A program made the position numbers and the translations under genes. The notes beneath the pieces were generated by a model. That model was not told the origin of the DNA, made no database searches, and saw only the letters and a list, made by a program, of their open reading frames with translations. DNA of 64,000 nt from Balanoglossus misakiensis (lineage: Eukaryota > Animalia > Hemichordata), in the NCBI GenBank assembly GCA_040954595.2, contig CM082590.2:8432001-8496000 (forward strand), read 5' to 3'. Shown piece after piece: positions 62,527-64,000 of the stretch. Position 1 is the first letter of the stretch. Each line of letters starts with the position of its first letter.

Positions 62527-64000
62527 TTTCGCACTACTTGTATTAAAAAGTCTACGATGACGATAGCTTGCTTTCAAGAGAATAAGACTTCCCCGATGGC
62601 GATGACTTGCTTTCAGGAGAAAAAAAAATCTGACTTCTCTTCTTCAGCGATCCAAACTCGGAGTCAGTCGCAACTATAGAGACTGGAACGACTCTTGTCA
62701 AATCATGCAGACTGATGCTACCCCGCCGCCTATATATAGCGCCTCGACGGATCCCCCACACGTGACGGGTTTATCAACCGCCGGGTATTTTTGGAACCAC
62801 TTCACGTGATGGTCAAGCATAGCGACCGGCTGGAGTGGGGTCTAAGTGGTCGCACACGACTTGGGGTCAACCCCTGTAACCACGATCTGGTCATTCCTTC
62901 GCTATATCATTCTCTCCAAACACACAATGCAATGTTACTGACAGCAAATTTTAATACATTAATACCGAAGACAAGCAAACATCGGTAAATTAAAATCTAT
63001 CATTTTCGTCAGAATCAAACCTGACCAAAATAATGCATAGGGAGTATAACTACTTGTTTGCTAAAGGGCGGTTAATTTTATTTTGATTACATATAACTTT
63101 GCTTGAGTGTTTATCACTTCGCCATAAAATGCCCTCACAAATACAGAATCAAAAAAGCTACTGGTCTACTTCAGTTGAAAATCAGTCAAGATTTTGCGTG
63201 ATTTCGTATTATTCCTTCCGCGGTTACTGAGCAACTAGCTCTCATATTTTGGCCTTAATTTTGCGACCAGAAAATAACTTTATTTGATTGATTTTCTTTC
63301 CGTTTATTTCTTGAGCTGATATGGGAAATGACGCACCCGAACCACGCGTGCTGTTTGTTGGTTTTCAGTTGTGACGCTCAAAGAAAAAACACGTGACTAA
63401 TTAGCGTCCGTATATCAATCAATCTTTGAGAAAAGTTCAGAAAACTTTACGTTATATTGAACTGAACTGAAATGAACTTCATTCGCCCTTTCAGTCTAAT
63501 ATTGACGTAGCATCGGAGAACACGTTTGCCGTGAGACGTTTGCGACAAAACACTGCAGCTTTTTGTGGAAAACGAAAACGATGAAATTTAAAGAACTTCT
63601 CAGTTCTACGGGGATTATTACGACTTTTGATAGTACTGCGGTTTTCATTTTAATTCCTCAAATTCTAGACATCCTCCCCTACAAGTGAAAATGTCCACGT
63701 CTACACATTTAATCTTGCTTATAAATGCTCGGCCACGATTTCTTGAACGGCTACTTGCATCGCGCCTCAAGCAATCACCATTGGTCACGTCAGTACAAGA
63801 TGAACAAGAAAAAGAGATCGAACAGCTATTTACATGTTTGGATCACATTCATGAGGTCAGTACACATTTTACTGTATTTTTTCAATCATTGAGACTTTAA
63901 GGCTACGTTGACGAGCAGAATCTTGGGAATTTTAGCACAGTACAGAAAGCACGAGAAATTGTAGTTGATACACAGTAAAACACTAAAAATAGCCAAAAGT

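Noticed and set aside
60867-62679. Overlapping and antisense ORFs across the P450, and the 62577 start
   Set aside because: By-products of GC-rich third codon positions; the 62577 start is TTG and the first ATG is at 62526.
63194-63200. XRE-like TTGCGTG upstream of the P450
   Set aside because: A single 7-mer is expected by chance; CYP1 orthology is not established.

Overview
Animal (metazoan invertebrate, probably a marine deuterostome such as a hemichordate or echinoderm; taxon is inference) genomic DNA with GT-AG spliced genes. 1-42 kb is gene-dense: two tandem proteinase K/aqualysin-like subtilases (+), a head-to-head MCCC2(-)/FAH(+) pair, and a head-to-head USP8(-)/GABPB(+) pair. Introns are full of short non-autonomous DNA transposons, including about 20 copies of a ~90 bp TTAA/CCC piggyBac-like MITE. 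43-57.5 kb is a non-coding composite block: 85/88-bp satellites, a 693-bp tandem array, a series of tRNA-like Pol III cassettes, and a DUP-TRP/INV-DUP-type rearrangement built on a satellite palindrome. A possible spliced lncRNA starts near 58.75 kb (-). A three-exon clan-2 cytochrome P450 with an atypical I-helix lies at 60.1-62.5 kb (-). Exon coordinates were read by eye and may be off by a few bases; family assignments are from recalled motifs, not database searches.
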